64,000 nucleotides of DNA. It comes from an uncultured Candidatus Saccharibacteria bacterium (GTDB lineage: Bacteria; Patescibacteriota; Dojkabacteria; JAOAGR01). The stretch is taken from assembly GCA_964503755.1 (NCBI GenBank), contig CAZDBO010000004.1:14042-78041 (forward strand), read 5' to 3'. This document shows positions 11,836 through 23,133 of this stretch, one piece after another. How positions within the stretch are numbered: position 1 is the stretch's first letter; the number at the start of each line of letters is the position of its first letter. The position numbers and the translations under genes are program-made. The notes under the pieces were generated by a model that worked only from the letters and a program-made list of their open reading frames with translations, was not told the origin of the DNA and did not search any database.

Positions 11836-12678
11836 ATGAACTTTATATTAAATGGCCAAACGTCATTATATGGAATATTTGGATATCCTGTTAGACATTC
11901 TAAATCTCCAACATTTCAGACATATTTATTTCAAAAGTATGGAATCAATGCAGTATACGTACCTTTTGAGATTCATCCAGATTACATAAAAGACGCCGTA
12001 GATTCTATAAAAATTCTAGGAATAAAGGGACTAAATATAACCGTTCCACATAAAGAAGCTGTTTTAGACTATTTGGATGCCACATCCGATGAAATTAAAC
12101 TAATCAAGTCAGTCAATACTATTAAGAACGAAAACGGAAAACTGATTGGATACAACACAGATTGGTTTGGTTTTTACGAAAGTATAAGAAATAATCAGCT
12201 TTACAATAAAATAAAAACGGTACTGGTTATTGGAGCTGGAGGTAGTACCAGAGCCATCATTTTTGCATTGATTAAATTAGGTGTCAAAAATATTTTACTT
12301 ACAAATAGAACTATTTCAAAAGCTGAAAATATTGCGAAAGATTTTAAAAATCTAGGAAGTCAGATCAGTGTCATTAATTTTAATGAAATCGAAAAATATC
12401 TCTTACATACCGATATGATAATAAATACAACATCAGTTGGATTACACGATGATGATAATGAACTTTTTAATTATGACTCTTTGCAAAAAGCTCACTTTGT
12501 GTTTGAAATAATTTATAAAGACACAAAATTGATTAAAAAAGCAAAGGAAAAAGGTTGTATCTATCAGACAGGCCACGAAATGCTTTTGTACCAAGGAATA
12601 AAAGCCTTTGAAATCTGGACCGGAATATATCCAGATGAAAAAACCATATCAGAAATACGAGAATTAATTATATCCTAA
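11836..12678 (+). CDS. aroE: shikimate dehydrogenase
   Basis: LYGIFGYPVRHSKSP and NxTxPHK motifs, GAGGS NADP site. Confidence 0.8.
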   Translation: MNFILNGQTSLYGIFGYPVRHSKSPTFQTYLFQKYGINAVYVPFEIHPDYIKDAVDSIKILGIKGLNITVPHKEAVLDYLDATSDEIKLIKSVNTIKNENGKLIGYNTDWFGFYESIRNNQLYNKIKTVLVIGAGGSTRAIIFALIKLGVKNILLTNRTISKAENIAKDFKNLGSQISVINFNEIEKYLLHTDMIINTTSVGLHDDDNELFNYDSLQKAHFVFEIIYKDTKLIKKAKEKGCIYQTGHEMLLYQGIKAFEIWTGIYPDEKTISEIRELIIS

Positions 12679-12684
12679 AATATA

Positions 12685-12713
12685 TTGACATATATTGTCT
12701 CAATTGATAAATT
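12685..12713 (+). promoter_or_regulatory. sigma70-like promoter candidate: TTGACA, 17 nt, TAAATT, about 20 nt upstream of the 12732 ORF
   Basis: Read directly from the sequence. Confidence 0.3.
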
Positions 12714-12731
12714 TACCATCGTAAAATAGCG

Positions 12732-13118
12732 ATGGCAAAGAAACAAAAAAAGAATAACCAAAGTGATCTAAAAGCTGATGAAATGGAAATTGAAGAAGAA
12801 TCTACAGATTCTTTGATAAGTGATGTATCTTTAGAAGAAATTCTCAAAAATCCAGAAAAGTATACAGATGTAAATACAAATGAGGAGGATGAAACAGTTT
12901 CTTGGTGTCCTGATTGTGTCGATCATCGCGTGTTTGTCAATGGAACGTGTACCACCTGCGGATATATAAAAAAATCCCTTGCAAAATCTAAAAAGACAAA
13001 ATATGAGGATGTAGAAGAAGCCGAATCTAAATATAATCCTGATGCCATGCTGTGGTCAGATTATGAAGAAGAAAGATATAGTGCAGATTATCGTGATGTT
13101 GATTCTGATGATTATTAA
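12732..13118 (+). CDS. Small, highly acidic protein with a CxxC..CxxC zinc ribbon (CPDC...CTTC). Function unknown.
   Basis: ORF with coding-like composition. No recognisable family. Confidence 0.45.
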   Translation: MAKKQKKNNQSDLKADEMEIEEESTDSLISDVSLEEILKNPEKYTDVNTNEEDETVSWCPDCVDHRVFVNGTCTTCGYIKKSLAKSKKTKYEDVEEAESKYNPDAMLWSDYEEERYSADYRDVDSDDY

Positions 13119-13136
13119 TGATATAATGCTTTAATT

Positions 13137-13212
13137 GGTCACGTAGCTCAACGGATAGAGCAACTCCCTTCTAAGGAGTAGGTTGCAGGTTCGAGTCCTG
13201 CCGTGATCGCCA
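13137..13212 (+). tRNA. tRNA-Arg (anticodon TCT)
   Basis: Cloverleaf folded by hand. Acceptor GGTCACG/CGTGATC, anticodon stem ACTCC/GGAGT with loop CTTCTAA, T-arm GCAGG-TTCGAGT-CCTGC, encoded CCA followed by a T-run. Confidence 0.85.
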
Positions 13213-13221
13213 TTTTTTATT

Positions 13222-14349
13222 ATGTTCAATTTAAATGTATCTAATTTACAGCCTTATATCGAAGTATTCCCAATAATTTTTATTTCATTTATCATTGGCT
13301 TTCTAATAACACCAATACTGCGTTTAATGGGATTAAAATTTGGTTTTTCTACTAAGCCAAAATCTCTTTCTAGTAAAGATGAGCGCGGTTACGATACTCG
13401 TATTCACAAGGTCACTATGTCACGATTGGGAGAATTTGCTGTATTGATACCTTTGTTTGCACTCATTTGGAACCAATATCCTAATATGGATCTAAAGATG
13501 TATGGAATACTAATTTCTATAGCAATAATAGGCATATTAGGAGCTTTTGACTCGAAATTCAATTTATCTGAAATGATTAAATTGCCTGTACTTCTGTTTT
13601 CAACATTAATATTGATACTTACTGGAACATATTTTGATATAAATACTAGTCTTTTCAATCCTGAACTACCTGACTTGTACCTCAAAAATCCAATAACAAA
13701 CACTGATATCTCACTGCTCTCTTTAGTATTCACTTTGATTTGGATACCTGTGATCTCAACCGCTGTAAGCTATGTAGGTGGTGTTGATGGGTTGTCAGAA
13801 GGTACAACCGCAATTGCACTCATGATATTTCTTCTTATTGGCATAAGAATTAATGATCCAATTACTGTATCAGTAGCCTCAATATGTCTAGGTGGTATCA
13901 TCGGTTTATTACCATACAACTTCCATCCAGCAATTATATACTCGGAGCATCTAATATATGGTTTTCTAATAGCAATATTATCTATAACATCACAAGCTAA
14001 GATAGCAACATCAATTCTTATTTTGACTCTCCCAATAGTAGATTTTGTATATGTTGTAATACACAGAACTAGAAAATTTTTAAATTCTCAAGAGAAAAAA
14101 ACATTTATAAACTGGCTAAAATCTATCGGAACAGGTGATAAAAATCATCTACATCATAAAATGCTACAACTCGGGCTTAAACCTCATCAAATATCATTGA
14201 TACAATATCTAATATATGCAATACTAGGTCTCATGGCTATAGCAGTATCAGGTATGTTTTTGACTTTGACGCTACTTGGCACTTTACTGGTTTGTGTGCT
14301 AATATATTATTGGATAAACATAAAACTAATAAATAACAAAAATGAATAA
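13222..14349 (+). CDS. Polytopic membrane glycosyltransferase of the MraY/WecA (GT4 polyprenyl-phosphate HexNAc-1-P transferase) family
   Basis: Multiple TM segments, VGGVDGLSEG (DG.DGL-like) and HLHH motifs. The specific subtype (MraY or WecA) is not resolved. Confidence 0.5.
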   Translation: MFNLNVSNLQPYIEVFPIIFISFIIGFLITPILRLMGLKFGFSTKPKSLSSKDERGYDTRIHKVTMSRLGEFAVLIPLFALIWNQYPNMDLKMYGILISIAIIGILGAFDSKFNLSEMIKLPVLLFSTLILILTGTYFDINTSLFNPELPDLYLKNPITNTDISLLSLVFTLIWIPVISTAVSYVGGVDGLSEGTTAIALMIFLLIGIRINDPITVSVASICLGGIIGLLPYNFHPAIIYSEHLIYGFLIAILSITSQAKIATSILILTLPIVDFVYVVIHRTRKFLNSQEKKTFINWLKSIGTGDKNHLHHKMLQLGLKPHQISLIQYLIYAILGLMAIAVSGMFLTLTLLGTLLVCVLIYYWINIKLINNKNE

Positions 14350-14725
14350 GATGCGCGAATCTGAAATAAAACAAATAATCGAGCAGATTAGAAAAAATTG
14401 GGGTAACTATTGTTCCTCATGTGGTGCCAAAAAAGATGATAATTCGTTTAAGGTTGTTGATTTACATGCAAATGTTGTAAAAATAATATCCGAATGTCCT
14501 GTATGTAAACAAAAAACTATGATTAATGCTGTATCTAATGTAGGTATGCAAGTAAGTCAGATTGTTACCGATCTGACTACAGAAGAAATGAACAAATTTA
14601 ATCGACCATTGTCAAAAGACGACTTTTTAGAATTTTATGTGCAATTAAAAAATATACAAAAAGCGAATGATTTGTTTGTTAGTGGTGGAACAGGTAAAAG
14701 TGATACTAATACTGATCGAGCTTAA
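14342..14725 (+). CDS. Small protein with a zinc ribbon (CSSC...CPVC). Unknown function.
   Basis: ORF only. Confidence 0.4.
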   Translation: MNKMRESEIKQIIEQIRKNWGNYCSSCGAKKDDNSFKVVDLHANVVKIISECPVCKQKTMINAVSNVGMQVSQIVTDLTTEEMNKFNRPLSKDDFLEFYVQLKNIQKANDLFVSGGTGKSDTNTDRA

Positions 14726-15186
14726 AATTTTTAATGCTATTGATTACCTTCTAATATCTGAATTTTATTTGTGAGTCTGTATTAAATAAATTATGTATAA
14801 AACATATTTTTATTTTCTAAATTTATCTTTTTAAGTCCTAACAGTTTAGAATTGATAATTTTGTGTATTTCGACATATCAATAACACAGGATAAATGTTA
14901 ATAAAATTTTAAATTTGACAAAGCAATTTTAAATAATCACAAATCGCAAAAGTATAATTTGTTAAGAAGTTATTAATTGCAAACCTTTAATCACATTCAA
15001 TATTGTTTATAAAATTAAGAACAAATTGAGATGATATTGACATTATAAATAAATGTCGAGGTATAAAATTTTCGTATAATTGTGGTAACCAAATAATCTA
15101 TATCAGGATTACAATCCAATATTAAACAGAAAAATATCAATGGTATAAAACAAAACTCTGCTTATCTTAACTTTTTGACGTAAACT

Positions 15187-15990
15187 TCAAATACTATCTT
15201 TAAAAATCATAATCCAATCTTGAAGCATCAATTCACTCGGTCTTTTCTCAAGTATCTCTGATTGTATATGACTCAGATCCGAAATAATTCTTTTCAAGTT
15301 ATTTTTTACTTTTTTTCTAGGCTCAGAATATGCATATTTGATATAAGAAGCCAATAAACGACGATTATATTGTTTATATTCATCATCACGAATCACAGTC
15401 ATATAAGCAGAATACACTTTTGGTTCTGGATAAAAGGATTTTGGTGATAAAACAAATTCTATTCTCGGCTTTCCAAAAAGTCTTATATAATTTGCTAGAA
15501 AATCCGCTTTTGGCGGAGTAGATATATAACTTTCAACAACCTCTTTTTGCAAAATAAAATGCAATTCAGTCCAATCGAGGGAACTTTCTACCAAATTCAT
15601 AATAATTTTTTTTGCGGTATTGTATGGTAAAGATGAGAAAACTTTGATATTCGATTCGTTTATTCTTGAATAATCAAATTTTGTTGAGTCCTCCCAAAAA
15701 ATTTCATAGTTAGAATAATTTTCCAAAACTTTGGTTAGAACCTCATTTAGACTTTTATCTAACTCTATAATATAAACTTTTTTTGCAAACTTACAAAACT
15801 CGTAAGTGAAAGTGCCAATACCTGGTCCTATCTCTAATATTACATCATCGCTTGAGATATTCATACTCGAAACAATGCTATTGAGTTTATATTCATCAAC
15901 TAGATAATTTTGACCAAACTTTTTTGAGGGAGCAATGTTGTATTTATTTAGAAAAGTTTTTAGTATTTTTATGTTGGCTAAAGTAGACAT
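15187..15990 (-). CDS. rsmA: 16S rRNA (adenine1518/1519-N6)-dimethyltransferase
   Basis: KKFGQNYLVD and EIGPGIGTFT motifs, 267 aa. Confidence 0.85.
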   Translation of the reverse strand: MSTLANIKILKTFLNKYNIAPSKKFGQNYLVDEYKLNSIVSSMNISSDDVILEIGPGIGTFTYEFCKFAKKVYIIELDKSLNEVLTKVLENYSNYEIFWEDSTKFDYSRINESNIKVFSSLPYNTAKKIIMNLVESSLDWTELHFILQKEVVESYISTPPKADFLANYIRLFGKPRIEFVLSPKSFYPEPKVYSAYMTVIRDDEYKQYNRRLLASYIKYAYSEPRKKVKNNLKRIISDLSHIQSEILEKRPSELMLQDWIMIFKDSI

Positions 15991-16394
15991 CAGATAATTT
16001 CATCTAAAAAAAGATTATACAAAGAAAATATTATGCTAATAAACAGCATTAGAAAATTTCTGGACATTTCAATCTCTCCTATTTTTAATTCTTTCGTAAC
16101 AATTCCACCGAATCCCCCTTGAGTTACAGAAAAGCCATTTATGAACACATCAAATAAAAATATAATACACCATGCAAATCCGGTAAAAAACAGAAATTTT
16201 ACTATTATATTTGGCTTCAGGGTAAAAAATTTTATAAATCTAATATAGCTTGAATTCAAAAAAACAAGACCAATAGATAACAAAAAATAATTTAATAAAT
16301 AATTTACTTCAAATCCCAGAAATATCTTTTCTAAGACAAAAATGAGTGCTAAAAAACAAATAAATTTTAAAAACGTTTCCTTATTCATAATCAC
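15990..16394 (-). CDS. Small integral membrane protein. Unknown function.
   Basis: Four hydrophobic segments. Overlaps the rsmA start by 1 nt. Confidence 0.4.
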   Translation of the reverse strand: MIMNKETFLKFICFLALIFVLEKIFLGFEVNYLLNYFLLSIGLVFLNSSYIRFIKFFTLKPNIIVKFLFFTGFAWCIIFLFDVFINGFSVTQGGFGGIVTKELKIGEIEMSRNFLMLFISIIFSLYNLFLDEII

Positions 16395-16439
16395 CTAGTT
16401 GATATCGCTATAAGAATAGCATATATTTTAATAGAGAAC

Positions 16440-17033
16440 ATGGCAAAACGTAGTTTTAATTTACTTGTCAAACCACTACTTCAAAAAGATTTTACTGATA
16501 AATTATACGATTTCGTTACCGGCCCTCTAAGATATATTGTTGTTCTTATCATCTTTGTAATAGTCATTGTTTTTGCATTTCGTTTGCCATCAGATATAAG
16601 ATTAAAAGATCTTGAAAAAGAAACAGAACGACTATCCAAAAACATAGATATAGAGCTCTATCCAGAGCAAATAGCTAAATACCAAGAAATAAGTAAGAAA
16701 GAAAATTTGGTATCTAATTATGAAAATCTTTTAATAACAGAAAACAATGCGAACGGTAAAGTAATTAGCACATCATTCGTGCTTGATCATATTAATACGA
16801 ATATAAATAAGTTTAATGAAAATATAAAGGTAGATAATATCTCTATAGAAAGAAAAGGAACGGAGATTCTGGTAAATATAAGAGGTATTTCATCTAGATT
16901 TCAAGATGTCTCAACCCTTCAACAAGAGCTAAAAAAAATTAATAATGTAAAAGATGTGATAGTAAATAACATCTCTAGTGAAGAAGGACAAACACCATCC
17001 TTCAATATTATAGTTTTATTTTCAACAATATAG
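16440..17033 (+). CDS. Bitopic membrane protein, possibly PilN-like. N-terminal FNLL motif resembling INLLP, single TM, periplasmic domain.
   Basis: Topology and N-terminal motif only. Weak. Confidence 0.3.
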   Translation: MAKRSFNLLVKPLLQKDFTDKLYDFVTGPLRYIVVLIIFVIVIVFAFRLPSDIRLKDLEKETERLSKNIDIELYPEQIAKYQEISKKENLVSNYENLLITENNANGKVISTSFVLDHINTNINKFNENIKVDNISIERKGTEILVNIRGISSRFQDVSTLQQELKKINNVKDVIVNNISSEEGQTPSFNIIVLFSTI

Positions 17034-17036
17034 ATT

Positions 17037-17759
17037 ATGTACAAGGATATACATGCAAACAAATTATCATTAAAAAATATTTTTTATTATAATAAACAAA
17101 GGAAAACGTACATCGAGCTTGCGGTATCACTTATCATTATAGTAGTTTTTTTGATATTTGCTTTGATCCCAACCATCGGAACTATTGATAAAGTACAAGA
17201 AAGTATAAAAAGATATGAAGAAATAAAAAGTACACAACAACAAATATTAGATCAAGGTAGAGCTTTAAATGAGTTATCAAATGAAACTAACGGTACTCTA
17301 GTTCAAGAAATACAATATTTAAATAAAATAATACCCAATCAAACCGATATAAGATTAATTTATGTAAATATATACAATCGTGCCAAAAGGACAAACACCG
17401 TGATAAAAAATATCAAAATTAATGAATCTAATACTCGACAATCATTATCAGAAACTAATAACCTTCTATCTCCAGTATATATTACCTTAGAACTTCAAAT
17501 AGACAATAATACAGTAAACGAACTGAATGAATTCATAAAACTAATTGAAGGACCAAATGCATTCCCATTTCCTAGTATAATAACTCGCATCAATATCCAA
17601 GATCCAAATGAAAAAATGGATGATCAAGATCAACAAAATAATAATACTTCCAATAACTCAGAGAACACAAACACGACAGAGGAATCTAACAGGCAAAATA
17701 TACATACAAATTTAACTATGCTGTTATTTTTCACTGATACAATAAATTTGACAAACTGA
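17037..17759 (+). CDS. Bitopic membrane protein, possibly PilO-like, with a coiled coil after the TM. Same frame as the upstream gene and 1 codon after its stop.
   Basis: Topology only. Confidence 0.3.
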   Translation: MYKDIHANKLSLKNIFYYNKQRKTYIELAVSLIIIVVFLIFALIPTIGTIDKVQESIKRYEEIKSTQQQILDQGRALNELSNETNGTLVQEIQYLNKIIPNQTDIRLIYVNIYNRAKRTNTVIKNIKINESNTRQSLSETNNLLSPVYITLELQIDNNTVNELNEFIKLIEGPNAFPFPSIITRINIQDPNEKMDDQDQQNNNTSNNSENTNTTEESNRQNIHTNLTMLLFFTDTINLTN

Positions 17760-17801
17760 AGTACATTAGCAATCCTACTTTTCTTTTGCTAAAATTACAC
17801 T

Positions 17802-18890
17802 ATGAAAAAGGATTATTATGAAATACTTGGTGTCAGCAGAAATGCTACACAAGAAGAAATAAAAAAAGCTTTTCGCAAAAAAGCTGCACAACTGCATCCT
17901 GATAAGAACAAAGCTCCAGATGCACATGAAAGGTTTAAAGAATTAAATGAAGCATATCAGGTATTATCTGATGAAAATAAGAGACGAACCTACGACCAAT
18001 TTGGAACTGCAGATTTTTATAATACTGGTGGAGGAAGTGGATTTAACTATCAACAGTTTGATATTGATCTTGATGATTTGTTTGGGATGGGATCTATCTT
18101 TGGTTCACCATTTGAAGAGTTTTTCGGTGGACGCAGGCAAAAGAATAAACCTAGAAAAGGAACTGATGTATATGCCCAGGTAGAAATAACTTTAAATGAA
18201 GTTGTCACAGGAACAGAGAAAGAGATAAAATACACAAGATTAGATAAGTGCAAAGCTTGTAATGGAAGAGGTGGATCAAAAGTAGAAAAATGTCAGACAT
18301 GTAAAGGATCAGGCAGAGTTCAACAAATAAACCGTACTCCATTTGGCAATATCCAATTTGTTACGACATGTCCAACATGTAATGGTCAAGGTGAAACTGT
18401 AGCTGAAAAATGTACTATTTGCAAAGGTCAAGGCACAATTCAAAATTTACATGTAATAAAAATAAAAATCCCCGCCGGAATAGAACATAAAATGAATTTA
18501 AGATATGAGGGTGAAGGCAATGTAGGTTCAAATGATATACTACGTGGAGATTTATTTGTAGAAATCTTAGTTAAAAACGATCCAAAATATAAACGTGTTA
18601 ATAACGATATTGTACATGAAGTAGAGGTTGATGTAATAGATATGCTTATCGGACAAAATATAAATGTAGAAACATTCGATGGCATAAAAAACATAGCCAT
18701 AAAACCAGGCACAAGTCCATTTGAACAGATTGTTTTACATGGTCTTGGGATACCAGATTTAAGGACTAAAAAAAGAGGAAATTTTATTGTGATACTAAAA
18801 CCAGTCATGCCTAAAAACATAACAGAAGAACAAAAACAATTGTTATTAAAATTTAAAGAATTAGAAAAAAAGAAGAGTATATGGATTTAA
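17802..18890 (+). CDS. dnaJ: chaperone DnaJ
   Basis: J domain (DYYEILGV...HPDKN), four CxxCxGxG zinc-finger repeats, C-terminal domains. Confidence 0.9.
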   Translation: MKKDYYEILGVSRNATQEEIKKAFRKKAAQLHPDKNKAPDAHERFKELNEAYQVLSDENKRRTYDQFGTADFYNTGGGSGFNYQQFDIDLDDLFGMGSIFGSPFEEFFGGRRQKNKPRKGTDVYAQVEITLNEVVTGTEKEIKYTRLDKCKACNGRGGSKVEKCQTCKGSGRVQQINRTPFGNIQFVTTCPTCNGQGETVAEKCTICKGQGTIQNLHVIKIKIPAGIEHKMNLRYEGEGNVGSNDILRGDLFVEILVKNDPKYKRVNNDIVHEVEVDVIDMLIGQNINVETFDGIKNIAIKPGTSPFEQIVLHGLGIPDLRTKKRGNFIVILKPVMPKNITEEQKQLLLKFKELEKKKSIWI

Positions 18891-19588
18891 AGCATAAATC
18901 AAATCTTGCGAAAATATTTTTTAGTACAACGATAATTTTGACTATACTAATAATCTTAGTATCGTTAATTTACAATACGCCTAAACAAATACATATAACT
19001 TCAAATAGACCTGAAAATATTGATCTCTACAAAAATGAATTGGGAAAATATCTATCTAAAAAAATTTATTTCACAGTTAATCCCGCGGACATCGAAAAAG
19101 AACTAAAAGTCAAATATCCATTTATTCAAAAAATAAATATAAATAAATTTACTATTTATGGATTTATCATAAACATAGAGGAATTTTTACCTATTTTGGA
19201 GATAATTTCTGCTGATAAAAAATATCTTTATATTGACAATAACCTAAAAAGCATTTTATTGGACCAGCGATATGAATCAAATAATATTATTGTATCAATC
19301 GAATATCAAAGTATAAATCCAGAACAAATAGAAATCTTCTTCTTGAAAAATCTATTAGATTTGTGTATTAAAATACAATATAAATTACAAAAAATACAAA
19401 GAATTTATTTTGATAATTTAGGAATGTTGACTATAATATTAAAAGATAATAGAGCTATAAAATTAGATCTAACAGAAACATTTAGTGATATACAAACACA
19501 AAGTGAAAAACTCCAAATGCTTCTAGATGACAAAATAGGTTTTGGTAGCGCTGATTTAAGATTTAAAGACAATATAATAGTAAAATGA
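18881..19588 (+). CDS. ftsQ: Cell division protein FtsQ/DivIB-like: N-terminal TM plus a POTRA-like domain, immediately upstream of ftsA
   Basis: Topology and gene context. Low sequence conservation. Confidence 0.5.
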   Translation: MDLKHKSNLAKIFFSTTIILTILIILVSLIYNTPKQIHITSNRPENIDLYKNELGKYLSKKIYFTVNPADIEKELKVKYPFIQKININKFTIYGFIINIEEFLPILEIISADKKYLYIDNNLKSILLDQRYESNNIIVSIEYQSINPEQIEIFFLKNLLDLCIKIQYKLQKIQRIYFDNLGMLTIILKDNRAIKLDLTETFSDIQTQSEKLQMLLDDKIGFGSADLRFKDNIIVK

Positions 19589-19594
19589 AATATA

Positions 19595-20935
19595 ATGGCT
19601 ACACACCAAGATATAATAACAGCAGTTGATATAGGTTCTTATAAGATATCCACCATCATATGTAACGTAGAATATAATGAAAACATACCTATAGTTTCCG
19701 TAATAGGATGTGCTACTGTTCCATCAAAAGGTGTAAGAAAAGGCGTAATAGTAAATATTAATGAAGTGGTAAATTGTGTACAACAGTGTTTGCAGGCTGC
19801 AGAAAAAATGGCCGGAATATCAGTGACTGATGTAAATGCATCTATCAACGGAATGCATATAATGTCTAGCAATAACAAAGGTATTGTATCTGTTACTAAC
19901 GAAGAGATTGATCCAAATGATATCAGAAGAGTTATTGAAAATTCCAAAAATACCGCTATTTCTCAACAAGTCAGAAAAATCATTCATGTTATCCCAAGAG
20001 AATTCATCGTTGATACACAAAAGGGGATAAAAGAACCTCTTGGTATGCAAGGATCAAGACTTGAAGTAGATACTCATATTATTTCAGGATTAAATACAGC
20101 TCTTAGTAATACAGAGAAAGTAATTATAGAAGCAGGTTATAGACCAAATGTTACATTTGCAGGACTTGCTTCAGCCCAAAGTGTACTGACTGTAACAGAA
20201 AAAGAATTGGGAGTAATGGTATTAGATATTGGACATGGATGCACAACTATAACTATATATCAAGAAGAATCTATTTGTTTTTCTGGTGTGGTAAATTTAG
20301 GTGGACAATCAATTACAAGTGATTTAGCAATTGGGCTGCAGATACCTATAGATGAGGCCGAAAAACTCAAAAAGAAAATAGGAACAATAATAGAAAGGCA
20401 AAGTTTTCCTAATAAGGAATCTGGAAATATACCTAGTTATTTAAGAAATGACAAAGGCAGAAATGACAAATTAAGCTTGTCTGATATGAAAGAAAATGAA
20501 GAGGATGATGATCTACTTGATATAAGTGAATTAAAAATACCAGGTTTGCCAAAGCTATCGAAGAGAATTTATCAGGAAATCGTTACTTGTAGATTAGATG
20601 AAATATTTCAGATGGTAAACAAAACCGTATCAAACGCCGGATTTACTACAAGGATGCCAGCAGGCATAGTGCTAACAGGTGGAACTGCAAATCTTTATAG
20701 CATCAAGGATTATTGTCGCAACTTTTTTCGTGTATTGACAAGGATTGGATATCCTCAAGGTCTAACGGGTCCATTAATTGATGAAGTTAGTGATCCATCC
20801 TTTGCTACCGCTCAAGGTCTCATATTGAAGGAGATAAATAATCAGTCATATAATGTAGAATCTGAACACCTAGAACCAGAAGGAAATGGATTACTAGACA
20901 AAGTAATAAATTTCATTAAAAATCTAACTGATTAA
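19595..20935 (+). CDS. ftsA: Cell division protein FtsA, actin-like, with a charged ~70-aa insertion
   Basis: N-terminal DIGSYKI phosphate-1 motif, 446 aa, followed by ftsZ. Confidence 0.85.
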   Translation: MATHQDIITAVDIGSYKISTIICNVEYNENIPIVSVIGCATVPSKGVRKGVIVNINEVVNCVQQCLQAAEKMAGISVTDVNASINGMHIMSSNNKGIVSVTNEEIDPNDIRRVIENSKNTAISQQVRKIIHVIPREFIVDTQKGIKEPLGMQGSRLEVDTHIISGLNTALSNTEKVIIEAGYRPNVTFAGLASAQSVLTVTEKELGVMVLDIGHGCTTITIYQEESICFSGVVNLGGQSITSDLAIGLQIPIDEAEKLKKKIGTIIERQSFPNKESGNIPSYLRNDKGRNDKLSLSDMKENEEDDDLLDISELKIPGLPKLSKRIYQEIVTCRLDEIFQMVNKTVSNAGFTTRMPAGIVLTGGTANLYSIKDYCRNFFRVLTRIGYPQGLTGPLIDEVSDPSFATAQGLILKEINNQSYNVESEHLEPEGNGLLDKVINFIKNLTD

Positions 20936-20937
20936 TC

Positions 20938-22200
20938 ATGTTAATAGCACCTAAGAATACAAAGATAAATAGTAATAACCAAGACAGAGATATTCAAAAA
21001 CCACCTATCCAAATTAGTCAAAATGATTATTCATCGGTAGAAGAGAATCCTTATTCCGAATTTGAATCTCTACAAGCACGAATAATCGTATGTGGTGTGG
21101 GTGGTGCAGGTTGTAATGCGGTCAATGCAATGGTCGCCTCTGGAGAAATACAAGGCGTCGAATTTTTAGCTGTCAACACAGATGCACAAGTTTTGAAAAA
21201 TTCTCTTGCAAGACCAATCAATATCGGTAGGGAATTGACCAAAGGACTAGGTGCAGGTAGTAACCCAATCATTGGAAAACAGGCAGCAGAAGATAGCGTA
21301 GATGTATTAAACGCCGCTTTGGCTGGAGCTGATATGGTATTTATTACTGCCGGTATGGGTGGAGGTACAGGTACTGGAGCAGCACCAGTGATAGCTGGTA
21401 TAGCAAAAGGAAATGGTGCGTTGACTATAGGTGTTGTAACAAAACCTTTTAGATTTGAAGGGGAAAGAAAAATGGAGATAGCTTTGAAAGGGATCGAAGA
21501 ATTGAAATCAAAAGTCGATGCTCTAATAGTGATACCAAATGAAAGAATCTTAAGTATCATAGATAGAAGCGTGAGCTATAGAGATGCCATGAAGAAATCC
21601 GACGAAGTATTGAAAAATGCTATTCAAAGTATATCTGATATAATAACAAAAGTTGGTTATATGAATGTAGATTTTGCAGATGTAAAGGCAATTATGCAGA
21701 ATGCTGGTACTACACTCATGGGCATTGGACATTCTAATAGTAAAGAATCCAAGACTATAGAGGCTACAAAGATGGCCATACAATCACCAATACTTGATTA
21801 CTCGATAGACGGCGCAACAGGAGTGATACTCATCATAAGATCTAATCCCGATATATCTATGATAGAAGTATCAGAAGCAGCGGAATACGTAAAAGGTTAT
21901 GTTGATCCTAATGCACTGATTAAGACGGGAGTAATTATTGATGAGAATTTAAGTGACACAGTATATGTAACAGTGTTAGCCACCGGATTTAATGTAGATC
22001 CAACCACACATCAGCTTAGAGATAGACCGAATTCATTTTTTGATATTAGTAACCATTCAATGCCCAATTCAACTATCCATTCACATTCGAATAATTTAAT
22101 AAACCAATCAAGCTCAGATGATAATATACAAAATATACAACAAGACGATTTAGACTCTACCCCAGCATTTTTAAGACGTAGAAATTCGCAAAATTTCTAA
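20938..22200 (+). CDS. ftsZ: Cell division GTPase FtsZ
   Basis: GVGGAGCNAVN and GGGTGTGAAPVIA tubulin signature. Confidence 0.95.
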   Translation: MLIAPKNTKINSNNQDRDIQKPPIQISQNDYSSVEENPYSEFESLQARIIVCGVGGAGCNAVNAMVASGEIQGVEFLAVNTDAQVLKNSLARPINIGRELTKGLGAGSNPIIGKQAAEDSVDVLNAALAGADMVFITAGMGGGTGTGAAPVIAGIAKGNGALTIGVVTKPFRFEGERKMEIALKGIEELKSKVDALIVIPNERILSIIDRSVSYRDAMKKSDEVLKNAIQSISDIITKVGYMNVDFADVKAIMQNAGTTLMGIGHSNSKESKTIEATKMAIQSPILDYSIDGATGVILIIRSNPDISMIEVSEAAEYVKGYVDPNALIKTGVIIDENLSDTVYVTVLATGFNVDPTTHQLRDRPNSFFDISNHSMPNSTIHSHSNNLINQSSSDDNIQNIQQDDLDSTPAFLRRRNSQNF

Positions 22201-22938
22201 ATGTCTCAACACATAAATTACGAACAAATTATCGTAAAAACTGAAAATAATAGAGTGTCCAGGTTATTAAAGAAAATAGATATAAAAACTACCAATTTAG
22301 ATTTATACATAGAGGCCCTGACCCACAAATCAGCAAGAAAAAAGCACAATGAAAGACTCGAGTTTTTAGGTGATGCTGTATTAGAATTGATTGTGACAGA
22401 GTTTTTATTTAGGGATTTTCCACATCTTTCAGAAGGTGATATGACAAGCCTCAGAGCGGCAATAGTCAAAACAGAAACACTAAGCTCTGTTGCCAAAAAA
22501 ATGCGACTTGGACACTATATCATCATGTCAAAAAGTGAAGAAGCTACGGGAGGAAGAAAAAGGCCTTACATACTGGCAGATGCTTTCGAAGCTTTGCTAG
22601 GAGCTATTTATTATGATAAAGGATTTGAAAAAGCAAAGTCTTTTGTTAGAAAAAATCTTTATTATAAAGTTAAAAAAATTATAGAAACACGAGAGGATAT
22701 AGATCCAAAATCGAAACTACAAGAATTTGCCCAAGAAAAATTTAAACAAACGCCAATTTATAGAGTAATTCAAGAAGAAGGCCCTGACCATGATAAGACA
22801 TTTACAGTCGTAACTATCATAGGTGAACATGTTTATTCAAAAGCAAAAGGAAAATCTAAACAATCAGCGGAACAGATTGCTGCAAAAAAAACTTTGAAAA
22901 GATTAGAGAAAAAATTTAATACAACTCAGATTAATTAA
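22201..22938 (+). CDS. rnc: ribonuclease III
   Basis: ERLEFLGDAVLEL catalytic signature plus a C-terminal dsRBD. Confidence 0.9.
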   Translation: MSQHINYEQIIVKTENNRVSRLLKKIDIKTTNLDLYIEALTHKSARKKHNERLEFLGDAVLELIVTEFLFRDFPHLSEGDMTSLRAAIVKTETLSSVAKKMRLGHYIIMSKSEEATGGRKRPYILADAFEALLGAIYYDKGFEKAKSFVRKNLYYKVKKIIETREDIDPKSKLQEFAQEKFKQTPIYRVIQEEGPDHDKTFTVVTIIGEHVYSKAKGKSKQSAEQIAAKKTLKRLEKKFNTTQIN

Positions 22939-23133
22939 GAAATTACAATAACAAAAGATTTTAAAATTTAGTTTTCTAACATTATTTCTATTTTTACAAT
23001 AATTCTAATTTGTATAGCCAAAATTTAAGAATTCTGTAAATAAGTTAGGGTTGAAATTAGAAAATATTAAGATCAACAATGTTACATGATTACACCAATA
23101 TCTAAAATCCTTGTTAAACGTATGTTAAATTTT

